A program made the position numbers and the translations under genes. A stretch of DNA of 64,000 nt, from NCBI GenBank assembly GCA_028819565.1, contig JAPPLD010000029.1:34998-98997 (forward strand), in the 5' to 3' direction. The notes under the pieces are model-generated. The model saw only the letters and a program-made list of their open reading frames with translations, was not told the origin of the DNA and did no database searches. Each line of letters starts with the position of its first letter. Position 1 is the stretch's first letter. Source of the stretch: Gammaproteobacteria bacterium. GTDB lineage: Bacteria; Pseudomonadota; Gammaproteobacteria; Poriferisulfidales; Poriferisulfidaceae. Of this stretch, positions 13,926-23,746 are shown piece after piece.

Positions 13926-15578
13926 ATGCCGAACATAGAATTCGAAGGCAAATGGAATGTCTATGCAGCGCATCTCGTGACGCCATTCCGTCCCTTGATT
14001 CCAGATACGAAGAAATCCATACCGCAGGGCAAAGCGCAAGCCGATAAGCCCTCGACCGAGGGAAACCTGATTATCCAGGGTGATAACCTCCACGCCTTAC
14101 GTGCCTTGTTGCCGCGCTACGCCGGGCGCATCCACTGTGTCTACATCGACCCGCCTTACAACACAGGAAATGAAGGGTGGTGCTACAACGACAACCTGAA
14201 CTCACCTCTGATGAAACGCTGGCTGAAAGAAAACGGCGCTGTGGACCTTGAAGATGAGGAACGCCACGACAAGTGGTTGTGCATGATGTGGCCGCGCCTG
14301 CAACTGCTGCGGGAATTGCTGGCGGAAGATGGAGTTATTTTTATCACGGTCGACGACAACGAACAGCACCGCCTTCGGATGGTAATGGATGAGATTTTTG
14401 GCGAGGATAATTTTTTAGCATGCATCTCTTGGGAAAAGAGGTACACGCGAAACAATAACGCAAAGATGTTCACTTCGGTTGTGGACAAACTGGTTGTTTA
14501 CCGAAAAAGCGAACTGCTAGATTTTCTCCGCGAACCACGCAACACAAAAGCAGATGAAATTTACGACAACCCAGACAATGACCCCCGCGGCCCTTGGACA
14601 AGTGTTTCTTACGTCAATCCCGCGACCAGAGAACAAAGGCCAAACCTGGTCTACACCATCATCAATCCATGCACAAAAAAAGAGGTGCGTCATCCTACAA
14701 ACGCTTGGAAATTTGAGCCTAGTGAACACCAAAAACATGTGCTGGAGAATCGGCTCTGGTGGGGGAAAACAGGAAAGAACAAATTCCCACGACTGAAAAA
14801 ATTTCTATCCGAAGTTTCAGATGGGCTTGTTCCAGTAGACCTGTGGAAGCACGAGGATTCTGGAACAACCGATGAAGGGAGCCTAGAGCTTGAAAGGATT
14901 TTGGGCCGAGCTAAGTTTGACAACCCCAAGCCTACACGTTTGATTAAGAGGATCATCCGGCTATGCCCCCACGACAATCCTATCGTGCTTGACTCCTTTG
15001 CAGGATCTGGAACCACCGCCCAAGCCGTATTGGAACTCAACAAGGAAGACGAAGGGCTCCGGAAATTTATTCTCGTGGAATGCGAAGATTACGCAAATAA
15101 GATTACGGCTGAACGTATCCGCAGAGTCATCAAGGGGATCAAAAACACCAAAGACGGAAATCTCCAACAGGGCTTGGGCGGGGGGTTCACCTATTGCACC
15201 CTTGGCGAGGCTTTGGATATCGAGAGCATGCTCTCCGGTGAAAACCTCCCGGACTACGAAACCATTGCCCGTTGCATTGCACACAATTACACGGGCCTCG
15301 CTTTGGACAAGGTCAAAAAAGGCAAGGACTGGCTGTTCGCCGAGACCGACCGCCATTGCCTGCACCTCATCTACAAGCCAGATCTCAAGTTCTTGGAAAA
15401 CGCCACGGAGGCCGCGCTCACGTTTGAATTGTCCGAACGCATCGGCAAAGCTGCGGTAAGAAAAAACAAGGAGGCGCTGGTCTTCGCGTCCCACAAATTC
15501 ATGTCGCAAAAAGATCTGCGTTACCACAAGGTGACTTTCTGCCAGATCCCCTACTCGGTCTTTGGCACCGCTGGATGA
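13926..15578 (+). CDS. mod: type III-like DNA methyltransferase (Mod; N6_N4_Mtase family, beta-class motif order)
   Basis: From ORF 13896..15578 (TTG). I chose the ATG at 13926 (MPNIEFEG). Motif IV is CVYIDPPYNTG and motif I, further downstream, is VLDSFAGSGTTAQAV. The gene is followed 18 nt later by the helicase-nuclease gene. Confidence 0.8.
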   Translation: MPNIEFEGKWNVYAAHLVTPFRPLIPDTKKSIPQGKAQADKPSTEGNLIIQGDNLHALRALLPRYAGRIHCVYIDPPYNTGNEGWCYNDNLNSPLMKRWLKENGAVDLEDEERHDKWLCMMWPRLQLLRELLAEDGVIFITVDDNEQHRLRMVMDEIFGEDNFLACISWEKRYTRNNNAKMFTSVVDKLVVYRKSELLDFLREPRNTKADEIYDNPDNDPRGPWTSVSYVNPATREQRPNLVYTIINPCTKKEVRHPTNAWKFEPSEHQKHVLENRLWWGKTGKNKFPRLKKFLSEVSDGLVPVDLWKHEDSGTTDEGSLELERILGRAKFDNPKPTRLIKRIIRLCPHDNPIVLDSFAGSGTTAQAVLELNKEDEGLRKFILVECEDYANKITAERIRRVIKGIKNTKDGNLQQGLGGGFTYCTLGEALDIESMLSGENLPDYETIARCIAHNYTGLALDKVKKGKDWLFAETDRHCLHLIYKPDLKFLENATEAALTFELSERIGKAAVRKNKEALVFASHKFMSQKDLRYHKVTFCQIPYSVFGTAG

Positions 15579-15596
15579 CCATCCGCAGGCCCCGGC

Positions 15597-18158
15597 ATGC
15601 AACTCAAGGAATATCAACAAAGCGCCCTAGATGCCTTCGACCGCTATCTCGAGGCCTTGGAAGAAGGCAAAAGAAAATGCAGCCAGATGGCTGAAGCGGG
15701 AGAAACCGACCCTGAATATTTGGATTTCGCACGAAGGGCATGGAATGAACTGAAAAAGCGAGGTCATCTTCCACGCATCGTCGGTCGAAGTGGGGCGCTT
15801 GAAATCCCGGAATATGTCGCACGCTCTGACGAAAGAGGTCAACCCATCCCGCATGTGTGCCTGAAGGTACCAACCGGGGGCGGCAAAACCCTGCTCGCAG
15901 CCTCAGCACTTGAACGCTTGCGCCCGCGATCCGGCATCGTACTGTGGATTGTTCCCTCCAAAGCGATCTTCCAACAAACCTGGGTGTCTCTCGCCACCCG
16001 CCTCCACCCCTATCGTCAGGCCCTTGAACGAGGCAGTGCCGGACGCATCAAACTGTTTCGTAAAGGCGACCCCATTTCTCGCCTGGATGTGGAAAACCAT
16101 CTTTGCTTGATACCCGTCATGCTTCAGGCAGCAGGCAGAAAAGAGACCGGAGACTTTCTCAAGATTTTCCGCGACTCCGGGAAGTATCCAGACTTCTTTC
16201 CCGCGGCTGACGACCTTTCGGAAAACCAGAAAATGCAAGCCGAATTCCCAGACTTGCACACACACGATCTCGGCGATGCCGCACTTGCCGGCACCATCAA
16301 ACGAAGTTTATTCAATGTCCTGAAAGTCACGCGCCCGATTATTGTTCTGGACGAGGCGCACAACGCCTATTCCGAAACGCGCCGGCGGCGTCTGTGCGAA
16401 CTCAACCCCCGCATCATGATCGAATTGTCCGCCACGCCAAAAACTGGCGTCAGCAACATTCTGGTGAACACACCCGGTGAGGCGATGAAGCGGGAGAACA
16501 TGATCAAACTGCCGATTAATATCCACAGCCTGGAAAACTCTGACTGGAAGCACACGTTGAGCAAGGCCGTGGAAAAACTGGCCGACCTACAGCATCGGGC
16601 CGACGACCTCGTGCAAAAAACTGGGAAATACATCCGCCCCATCATGCTGATTCGCGTCGAACGGGTTGGCCGGGAGCAGCGCGACGGGGAACATATCCAT
16701 GCCGAAGACGTTCGGGAAGAACTGATGAAACTCGGTATTCCCGACAGCAACGTTCGACTCAAGAGCGCCTATCGAGACGAAATCGCCCATGAAAACCTTT
16801 TGTCTCCCTACTCCTCGGTCCGTTACATCATCACCAAGGAGGCCCTGCGGGAAGGTTGGGATTGTTCATTCGCATACGTCCTGACTCTGCTGGATACCAC
16901 CAAAACCGATCGCGCCATCACCCAGATGGCTGGACGCATCCTGCGTCAACCCTATGCAGAACCGACTGGTGAGACTGCACTGGACGAATGCTATATCTAC
17001 TGCTTTGACACATCCGTCGGGCAGGCCGCCGAACGGGTCAAGGCAGGGCTGGAAGATGAGGGAATGGGCGATTTGGGGGAATACGTACAGGGAGACGGGG
17101 AAGAGGCTCCCCGACAATTAACTTTCGAAAGAAAATCCGATTGGCGGGACACCCGAATCTTCCTACCCCAAGTGCTGCACCGCACATCTGCCCAAAAAAC
17201 CCGAGCCCTAGATTATGAGCGAGACGTACTGGCTTATCTAGATTGGGCCAAGTTGGCAGACACGGACCTAGATACGGAAGCCTTGGTCCGACGAAAAAGC
17301 GGAGAGATTGTCATCCGCGTGGACCCGTTCGAGGAATCAGGGCTGCCAAGCCATGACAAACTGGACACTGACCCGGAACTCGACATCAACTATTTCGTGC
17401 GGCGAATCAGCGATGCCCTCCCTGTGCCATGGCTCGCAGCAAGCCTTGCAAAGGCGGCCATCCGGAAACTCAGGAAGGAAGGCATGACAGACAAACTGTT
17501 GCATGCTTGCCGCGCAGACTTGGCAGAAAGGATGCGCCAGCAATGCGCCGCCCGCGCAGAGCATGAGGCTCATAGCATTTTCTGTGACAAAATCAGGAAT
17601 GGAGACATCCGGTTTGAACTCGTCGCAGGCAACAACTTTGAACTCCCGATGTCGATGGACAAAATCGTAGAGGTTACCCCCAAAACATTGCAAGGAAATT
17701 ATGGGGCGACCATACAGAAATCCCTCTTCGATCCACAAGGAATTTTTGAAAAAGAATTCAACGGCCTAGAGAAAGATTTCGCCCTGCACATGGATGGGCA
17801 TGCAGCCGTGGCATGGTGGCACCGATTGGCTGTAAAAAGCAACGGCTATGCCCTGCAAGGCTGGAAGCAGGGGAAAATGTACCCCGATTTCGTCGTCTGC
17901 GTCTCCTCGGGACACGGCAAAACCCCAAAACGCCAAATTCTGGTCCTGGAAACCAAGGGATTGCACCTGTCTGGAAATCCTGATACCCAATATAAGGAGC
18001 ACTTACTTGAGAAACTGGAAGAACTGGCCCCAAAAGCAGAGGAATGCGGGGATATTGAACTGCGCGGGAAGAGACAGAAACACAGGATGAAACTCCGGAT
18101 TCTCATGGAGAACACCTGGGAGAGAGATTTTGAAAAAATAGTGCAGAATCCGTCATGA
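15597..18158 (+). CDS. res: type III-like restriction enzyme Res subunit (SF2 DEAH helicase + C-terminal PD-ExK nuclease)
   Basis: 853 aa. Motif I is KVPTGGGKT, motif II is IIVLDEAHNAY and motif III is LSATP. The C-terminal MYPDFVV ...(x14)... LVLETKG fits a PD-(D/E)xK nuclease signature. Confidence 0.8.
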   Translation: MQLKEYQQSALDAFDRYLEALEEGKRKCSQMAEAGETDPEYLDFARRAWNELKKRGHLPRIVGRSGALEIPEYVARSDERGQPIPHVCLKVPTGGGKTLLAASALERLRPRSGIVLWIVPSKAIFQQTWVSLATRLHPYRQALERGSAGRIKLFRKGDPISRLDVENHLCLIPVMLQAAGRKETGDFLKIFRDSGKYPDFFPAADDLSENQKMQAEFPDLHTHDLGDAALAGTIKRSLFNVLKVTRPIIVLDEAHNAYSETRRRRLCELNPRIMIELSATPKTGVSNILVNTPGEAMKRENMIKLPINIHSLENSDWKHTLSKAVEKLADLQHRADDLVQKTGKYIRPIMLIRVERVGREQRDGEHIHAEDVREELMKLGIPDSNVRLKSAYRDEIAHENLLSPYSSVRYIITKEALREGWDCSFAYVLTLLDTTKTDRAITQMAGRILRQPYAEPTGETALDECYIYCFDTSVGQAAERVKAGLEDEGMGDLGEYVQGDGEEAPRQLTFERKSDWRDTRIFLPQVLHRTSAQKTRALDYERDVLAYLDWAKLADTDLDTEALVRRKSGEIVIRVDPFEESGLPSHDKLDTDPELDINYFVRRISDALPVPWLAASLAKAAIRKLRKEGMTDKLLHACRADLAERMRQQCAARAEHEAHSIFCDKIRNGDIRFELVAGNNFELPMSMDKIVEVTPKTLQGNYGATIQKSLFDPQGIFEKEFNGLEKDFALHMDGHAAVAWWHRLAVKSNGYALQGWKQGKMYPDFVVCVSSGHGKTPKRQILVLETKGLHLSGNPDTQYKEHLLEKLEELAPKAEECGDIELRGKRQKHRMKLRILMENTWERDFEKIVQNPS

Positions 18159-18265
18159 CATATGCTGTGAGCCGTCGGGGGCCTCCCCGTATTGCTCACT
18201 CACCTCTGGTGCGGCTTTTGGCTTTCTTGCCGATTACTCCATAGAACAAAAAATAGCATGACCCC

Positions 18266-19633
18266 ATGAGAACCGAAGCTGTCATTCTTGCCGGGGGCGT
18301 CGGCAAACGCCTAGCGCAAGCCGTACCGAAACCCCTGCTCGACCTGTGCGGGAAACCCCTGCTCGGGCATGTCATGGAAACGGCCGCGGCCGTGGCGGAC
18401 AAGATCCATGTTGTGTACGGCCCTCCGTTGGCGGAGTCGCTCGCCGAGCTGGAAGAGGCATTTTCGATTCCTTTCGCATCTCACCTGCAGCCTGAGCCCC
18501 GCGGTACGGCCGACGCGCTTGGCTGCGCCCTCCCGGCGATAGAAGATTCCGCCACCGTGATCGTGCTGTGCGCGGATGTCCCTCTGCTGCGACCCGACAC
18601 TCTCACCCAACTGCTGTCCACCCGCCCCGAGACCGGCCTCGCGCTGCTGACCATGCGCCAAAGCGACAGCCAGCTTGGACGGATCGTGCGCGGTAACGAC
18701 GGGCAGGTCCTCGCCATCCGGGAACACGCCGACGCCACGGAAGAGGAACGCCGCATCGACGAGTGCAACACCGGCGTAATGGCGGCAAGCGCGGGACAGT
18801 TCCGCGAATGGTGTGCGCGCACCACCGACCGAAACGCCCAGGGAGAGTTCTACCTGACCGACTGCATCGCTGAAGCGGTACAAGACGGAATCCCCATCGA
18901 AACCCGGGAATGCAACCCGATCGAGGGTCTCGGCGTCAACACGATGCAGGAATTCGCCGTGGTGGCGGAGCAATGGCAGCAGCAGGCGCGCGAGCGACTG
19001 ATGGCGCAAGGCGCCCTGATGGAAGCACCCGATACGGTGTGGCTGTCGGCGGGAGTGGCACTGGAAGAAGGCGCGGTAGTTCGCATCGGGCCGCATGTTG
19101 TATTCCGGAAGTCGGTCCAACTGGCCGATGGGGCAGATATCGGACCGTACACGCTGCTGAGAAACTGCAAAATCGGCGCCGATACCAAAATCGAGCCTTT
19201 CACCGTCATAGAAGCAGCTCAAGTCGGAGCCCGTTGCCGCATCGGACCCTACGCACGAATCCGCCCGGAAACCGAATTAGCCGAAGGCGTGCAGATCGGG
19301 AATTTCGTCGAAGTCAAAAAGTCCCGAATCGGTGAGGGCACCAAGGTCAACCACTTGTCGTACGTCGGCGACAGCGAGGTCGGCCGCAGCGTCAACCTCG
19401 GGGCGGGCACCATCACCTGCAACTACGACGGAGCGCACAAGCACACGACCGTGATCGGGGACGATGTCTTCGTGGGGTCCGGCACCCAGTTGATCGCCCC
19501 CGTCAGCATTGGCGCCGGTGCAACCATCGGGGCCGGCTCGACCATTACCCGGGACACCCCGCCCGGAGAATTGACCCTGTCTCGCAGCAAGCAGAAGACG
19601 CACCAGGGCTGGAAGCGTCCGCAGAAAGACTGA
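18266..19633 (+). CDS. glmU: bifunctional GlcNAc-1-P uridyltransferase / GlcN-1-P acetyltransferase
   Basis: 455 aa. It starts MRTEAVILAGGVGKRL and has a C-terminal hexapeptide-repeat (left-handed beta-helix) region. Confidence 0.95.
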   Translation: MRTEAVILAGGVGKRLAQAVPKPLLDLCGKPLLGHVMETAAAVADKIHVVYGPPLAESLAELEEAFSIPFASHLQPEPRGTADALGCALPAIEDSATVIVLCADVPLLRPDTLTQLLSTRPETGLALLTMRQSDSQLGRIVRGNDGQVLAIREHADATEEERRIDECNTGVMAASAGQFREWCARTTDRNAQGEFYLTDCIAEAVQDGIPIETRECNPIEGLGVNTMQEFAVVAEQWQQQARERLMAQGALMEAPDTVWLSAGVALEEGAVVRIGPHVVFRKSVQLADGADIGPYTLLRNCKIGADTKIEPFTVIEAAQVGARCRIGPYARIRPETELAEGVQIGNFVEVKKSRIGEGTKVNHLSYVGDSEVGRSVNLGAGTITCNYDGAHKHTTVIGDDVFVGSGTQLIAPVSIGAGATIGAGSTITRDTPPGELTLSRSKQKTHQGWKRPQKD

Positions 19634-21468
19634 TGTGCGGAATCGTCGGTGCGGCGGCTCGTCAGGACGTGACATCCGCGTTGCTGGAAGGCCTGAAACG
19701 TCTGGAATATCGGGGTTATGACTCCGCCGGAATCGCAGTGCTCAACGACCACGGCCTGCAGCGTCTGCGCTGCAACGGCAAGGTCGCTGAACTGGTGCAG
19801 GAAACCGAATCGACCGGCCTGAGCGGGCAGGTCGGCATTGCGCATACCCGCTGGGCCACCCATGGCGCGCCCTCGGACCGAAACGCGCACCCCCACGTGG
19901 CCGGCACGGATGGGCGTATTGCCGTCGTACACAACGGGATCATTGAAAACCATGCCTCCCTGAGAAAGCAGCAACAAGACCGGGGAATCACGCACGACTC
20001 GGACACCGATTCCGAAATCCTGGCCTGCCAGATTGCCGGACATCTAAGTGCACAGAATGGCTTGCTCGATGCGGTTCGGGCGGCCGTGGACGAAGTGGAA
20101 GGAAGCTTCGCGTTCGGCGTGATCGACCGCGAGGACCCAGAACGGATCATCGGTGCCCGCCGCGGCAGTCCACTGGTTGTGGGACATGGCAACAGCGGTT
20201 ACTATCTGGCTTCCGATCCGTTGGCGCTGGCGGAAGTCTCATCCCAGTACTGCCTGCTGCAAAACGGCGACATCGTGATGATCAGCGAAGGGGAAGCCGT
20301 GGTCTGGAACGGGAGCGAAACGGTGGTTCGGGAGTGGCGGGAATTCCAAGACACGGAAGTGCAAAGCGGGCTCGGCGACTACGAACATCACATGCAGAAG
20401 GAGATCTTCGAGCAACCGGATGCCGTAGCGCAGACGCTGGAAGGAAGAATCGAAACCGGGCGGGTCGACGATGGGATTCTCGGCCCGGACGCCGGTGCCG
20501 TCCTCGATGCGACCCGCGCCGTGCAGATCGCCGCATGCGGAACCAGCTACCACGCCGCACTGGTGGCACGCCATTGGCTTGAACGGCATGCGGGAATCCA
20601 CTGCCGAGTCGAGATCGCCAGCGAATTCCGCTACCGCCAGCATGCCCAAGAGCCCGACACCCTGTTCATCGCCATCTCCCAGTCCGGAGAGACGGCGGAC
20701 ACCCTGGCGGCACTGGAGATGGCGAATCAGGACCCGAACTACCATGCAACCCTGGCGATCTGCAACGTCGCGCACAGTTCCATGGTCCAGGAATCCGACC
20801 TGACCCTGCTGACTCACGCCGGGCCCGAGATCGGAGTAGCTTCCACCAAGGCTTTCGTCACACAGTTGACTGCACTGATGCTGGTGGTGATCCTGCTTGG
20901 CCGACGCCGGGCACTAACCCCCTCGACGGAATCGGATCTCGTCGCGCAGTTAGCCAACCTGCCAACCCGGATCGGCCGGGTACTTGAACTGGATGCAGGG
21001 ATCGCGGCCTTGTCGAAACAATTCGCGAACCGGCACCACGCATTGTTCCTAGGCCGGGGTTCGCACTACCCGATCGCGATGGAGGGTGCCCTGAAATTAA
21101 AGGAGATTTCTTACATCCATGCCGAGGCCTATGCTGCCGGCGAACTCAAGCACGGTCCGCTGGCACTGGTGGACGAGGACATGCCCGTGGTGGCGGTCGC
21201 ACCGAACAACCGCCTGCTGGAGAAGCTCAAGAGCAACTTGGAAGAAGTGCGCGCGCGGGGCGGACGCTTGTACGTATTCGCGGATCGGCATTCGGGATTC
21301 CAGAGTGACGATCTGATGACCGTGTTCGAACTGGATGCGCCGGAAAACGCGGTGGCGCCAATACTGTTCACGGTCCCGCTGCAGTTGCTGGCGTACCACT
21401 GCGCCAAAATCAAAGAAACCGATATCGATCAACCCCGCAACCTTGCAAAATCGGTTACGGTTGAGTAG
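19633..21468 (+). CDS. glmS: glutamine--fructose-6-phosphate aminotransferase
   Basis: 611 aa. It has the N-terminal nucleophile MCGIVG, SIS domains and a C-terminal ...AKSVTVE. The TGATG junction overlaps glmU. Confidence 0.97.
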   Translation: MCGIVGAAARQDVTSALLEGLKRLEYRGYDSAGIAVLNDHGLQRLRCNGKVAELVQETESTGLSGQVGIAHTRWATHGAPSDRNAHPHVAGTDGRIAVVHNGIIENHASLRKQQQDRGITHDSDTDSEILACQIAGHLSAQNGLLDAVRAAVDEVEGSFAFGVIDREDPERIIGARRGSPLVVGHGNSGYYLASDPLALAEVSSQYCLLQNGDIVMISEGEAVVWNGSETVVREWREFQDTEVQSGLGDYEHHMQKEIFEQPDAVAQTLEGRIETGRVDDGILGPDAGAVLDATRAVQIAACGTSYHAALVARHWLERHAGIHCRVEIASEFRYRQHAQEPDTLFIAISQSGETADTLAALEMANQDPNYHATLAICNVAHSSMVQESDLTLLTHAGPEIGVASTKAFVTQLTALMLVVILLGRRRALTPSTESDLVAQLANLPTRIGRVLELDAGIAALSKQFANRHHALFLGRGSHYPIAMEGALKLKEISYIHAEAYAAGELKHGPLALVDEDMPVVAVAPNNRLLEKLKSNLEEVRARGGRLYVFADRHSGFQSDDLMTVFELDAPENAVAPILFTVPLQLLAYHCAKIKETDIDQPRNLAKSVTVE

Positions 21469-21479
21469 TTGGCAGGAAA

Positions 21480-21929
21480 ATGCTGGACACCAGAATCCCA
21501 CCACCGATCGTCGCCATATTCATTGGCGTCTGCATCTATTTTTCGCGGGACTGGCTGCCGCAGTTTGAATCCGACTACCTCTTCTATGCGGGACTAGGCT
21601 TTGAGCTTCTAGCCGTCGTGATCAATCTCACGGCCATTTTTTCCTTCATCAAGAACAAAACCACGATCAATCCGGTAAAACCCCATACCGCGACCTCGCT
21701 GGTGACGACCGGAGTGTTTACATTTTCCCGAAACCCCATGTACCTGGGGCTGCTGTTGTTCCTTTTCGGTTTTGCGCTGCAGGTCAACGTCACCGGGGGG
21801 GTTCCCCTGTTGGTTCTTTTCGTCCTCTACCTGAACGCGTTTCAAATCCTCCCCGAGGAGCGTGCCATGCTGGAGGTTTTTGGAGATGAATACCGGGAAT
21901 ATATGAAAAAAGTCAGAAGGTGGATATAG
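21480..21929 (+). CDS. isoprenylcysteine carboxyl methyltransferase (ICMT/PEMT)-family membrane methyltransferase
   Basis: 149 aa with about 4 TM segments. VTTGVFTFSRNPMYLG and ILPEERAMLEVFGDEYREYMKKVRRWI are typical of the ICMT/PEMT family. GC is lower than in the flanks. Confidence 0.7.
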   Translation: MLDTRIPPPIVAIFIGVCIYFSRDWLPQFESDYLFYAGLGFELLAVVINLTAIFSFIKNKTTINPVKPHTATSLVTTGVFTFSRNPMYLGLLLFLFGFALQVNVTGGVPLLVLFVLYLNAFQILPEERAMLEVFGDEYREYMKKVRRWI

Positions 21930-21941
21930 GGTGAAAGCCTT

Positions 21942-22625
21942 TTAGGGCGACGGCACGTACTCCCAACTCTCGGACTGTTCTGCCGCAGCAGTTCTCTCTT
22001 CATCGGTCATCTCTTCTTCTATGCCCCGGATCAAATCCCTGATCTCCTTCCGCGTAATCGCGCACTGCGCATGGCTTGTTTCGCGATAAAGCGTCCGGGA
22101 ATCCGTATCACATGCCTCGATCATCTTGAATTTCGAGAGTTTCCGTACATTGTCGGCAAGCAGCCAGGCGCGAACGATGTCGTAGCGTACGCCGCTGCCT
22201 TTCCAGTAATGGCGGGCAAGAAAATAGCGGGCAGCCAAAGCATCGTCCCACTGCCGGAAGAACCCACGCCGATCGGACAATCCAACCAGAATCGCAAGAC
22301 CCATGCCGTCCCGTTCGGCAAACTGGGCTGCTGCCTTCCGGTACCAATCGACCGCCACTGCATCATCCTGCGTCACGCCTTCGCCTAACTCGTGGAACAT
22401 GCCCATCCGCAACTGCGCCCACGGGAATCCTTTTTCCGCGGCCTCCCGGGCAATCGCCAGCGCCGACTCCATCTCGTCCTCACGCCACAGGATATCGACC
22501 TCCGCCTCGCCGGGATTGGCTTCCAGCGCCCGCGCAGGCGCCTCCATGACTCCGGCGGTGCAGCCAGCCGCCAGTGACGCCCAAAGTATCAGGAGGATTG
22601 TTCGGGATCCTGGAGACGCGGACAT
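21942..22625 (-). CDS. Sel1-repeat lipoprotein
   Basis: 227 aa. The lipobox is LAAGC after a signal peptide. AEKGFPWAQLRMGMFHELGEGVTQDDAVAVDWYRKAAAQ matches a Sel1-like repeat. Confidence 0.65.
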   Translation of the reverse strand: MSASPGSRTILLILWASLAAGCTAGVMEAPARALEANPGEAEVDILWREDEMESALAIAREAAEKGFPWAQLRMGMFHELGEGVTQDDAVAVDWYRKAAAQFAERDGMGLAILVGLSDRRGFFRQWDDALAARYFLARHYWKGSGVRYDIVRAWLLADNVRKLSKFKMIEACDTDSRTLYRETSHAQCAITRKEIRDLIRGIEEEMTDEERTAAAEQSESWEYVPSP

Positions 22626-22664
22626 GATTGTTCGGGCAGGAAATGCCCGGGGCCGAATGGAGGG

Positions 22665-23093
22665 CTAGCTCCGGTAAGCCTGTTCGATGGCCTCTTGCCG
22701 GTTTTTCTCTTCTGCGCTGAATGCAGCGGTGGGGCGAAGCAATAGACGTTCGATCCCGATCGGCGCACCGGTCGCCTCGCAATAACCGTAAGAGCCGTCT
22801 TCGATCCGGCGAAGCGCTTCTTCAATCTTTGGCAGCAACTTCGAGTCTCGGTTGAGCGCGCGCACCTTCAGATTGATGTCTTCCTCGACAGAGGCACGAT
22901 CCAGCTCGTCACATTCCCGGTGCTCTTCGGACAGCTCCGCCTTAGCACGTTCCAGCCGAACACCCAATTCCTTGCGCAGATCAAGCAAGCGCTGCCGGAA
23001 GAATTCCAGCTGGTCGCCGTTCATGTAGTCCTTGCGCGGCGCGCGAAGCAGTTGCTTTTCAGTCAGCATTTTCAAGACTCTTCCTGTGTTCAT
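22665..23093 (-). CDS. dksA: DksA-family RNA polymerase-binding regulator, only one Cys in the zinc-finger region
   Basis: 142 aa. The coiled-coil tip is DELDRASVEED (DxxDxA). The C-terminus GYCEATGAPIGIERLLLRPTAAFSAEEKN retains only the first of the four canonical zinc-finger cysteines. An alternative start is at 23069. Confidence 0.8.
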   Translation of the reverse strand: MNTGRVLKMLTEKQLLRAPRKDYMNGDQLEFFRQRLLDLRKELGVRLERAKAELSEEHRECDELDRASVEEDINLKVRALNRDSKLLPKIEEALRRIEDGSYGYCEATGAPIGIERLLLRPTAAFSAEEKNRQEAIEQAYRS

Positions 23094-23173
23094 GTGATTC
23101 AGGTGTTTTACTGAAAGCCTATTTTACTTCTTGCCGCGATCCGCGCAAAACACCGCTTGTCAGAAAATACTTC

Positions 23174-23746
23174 TCAGGTCACCGCCTCTGCCGCCTGAGG
23201 CCGCAGCAACGCGGCTTCCACTTCCGCGCGTACCTCGGATCCCTTGAGCGTCTCGATCAGGGTCAAAGCAAAGTCAAGCGCCGTGCCCGGCCCGCGCGAA
23301 GTGATGACCGGGCCGTCGACCTCCACCGGCGAACCGGTGAACATGACTTCGCCGTAATCTTCCGCATTGATGCAGCCCGGATAGCAGGTCGCCTTGCGTC
23401 CGTCCAACAGGCGGCTGTTTGCCAAAACTTTCGGAGCCGCGCAGATTGCCGCCACGGTGCGATCCTGATCGATCTGATCTCGAAGCAGCTCGTGGATGCG
23501 GGGATCCGCATCCAGGTAATCAGCCCCGGGCAGGCCGCCGGGGAGCACTACCATATCGAAAGTTTCGCCCATCACCTCGTCCAGCGTCGTGTCCGGGACA
23601 AGCCTTGTCCCGCGCGAGGCAGTTACCGCGCCATCACTCAGGCCGGCAGTGACGACTTCGACCTCCGCACGGCGGAGAAGGTCGATCAGGGTGACCGCTT
23701 CAAGTTCTTCGCAACCATCCGCCAGTGGAATCAGGACCCGGCTCAT
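23174..23746 (-). CDS. DJ-1/PfpI family protein (YajL/ThiJ-like)
   Basis: 190 aa. It reads MSRVLIPLADGCEELEAVTLIDLLRRA and has the nucleophile elbow AAICAAP. Confidence 0.85.
   Translation of the reverse strand: MSRVLIPLADGCEELEAVTLIDLLRRAEVEVVTAGLSDGAVTASRGTRLVPDTTLDEVMGETFDMVVLPGGLPGADYLDADPRIHELLRDQIDQDRTVAAICAAPKVLANSRLLDGRKATCYPGCINAEDYGEVMFTGSPVEVDGPVITSRGPGTALDFALTLIETLKGSEVRAEVEAALLRPQAAEAVT

Larger units (their letters stand above)
12582..18265. other. low-GC genomic island inserted between atpC and glmU (protease + Mod + Res); no mobility genes seen
   Basis: Composition drops sharply. A hand count gives 25 G+C in the 60 nt at 14401-14460, against 41 in 8401-8460. The flanking genes atpC and glmU are normally adjacent in gammaproteobacteria. 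Confidence 0.7.

Noticed and set aside
14675-14681. A7 homopolymer in mod (and G6 at 15180-15185) as phase-variation tracts
   Set aside because: The tracts are too short for the slipped-strand switching typical of phase-variable type III mod genes, which use long simple-sequence repeats.
21469-21941. Tn7-like element at the glmS att site
   Set aside because: There are no tnsABCD-like genes or recognisable end repeats, and only one small cargo-like gene. It is kept only as a low-interest note.
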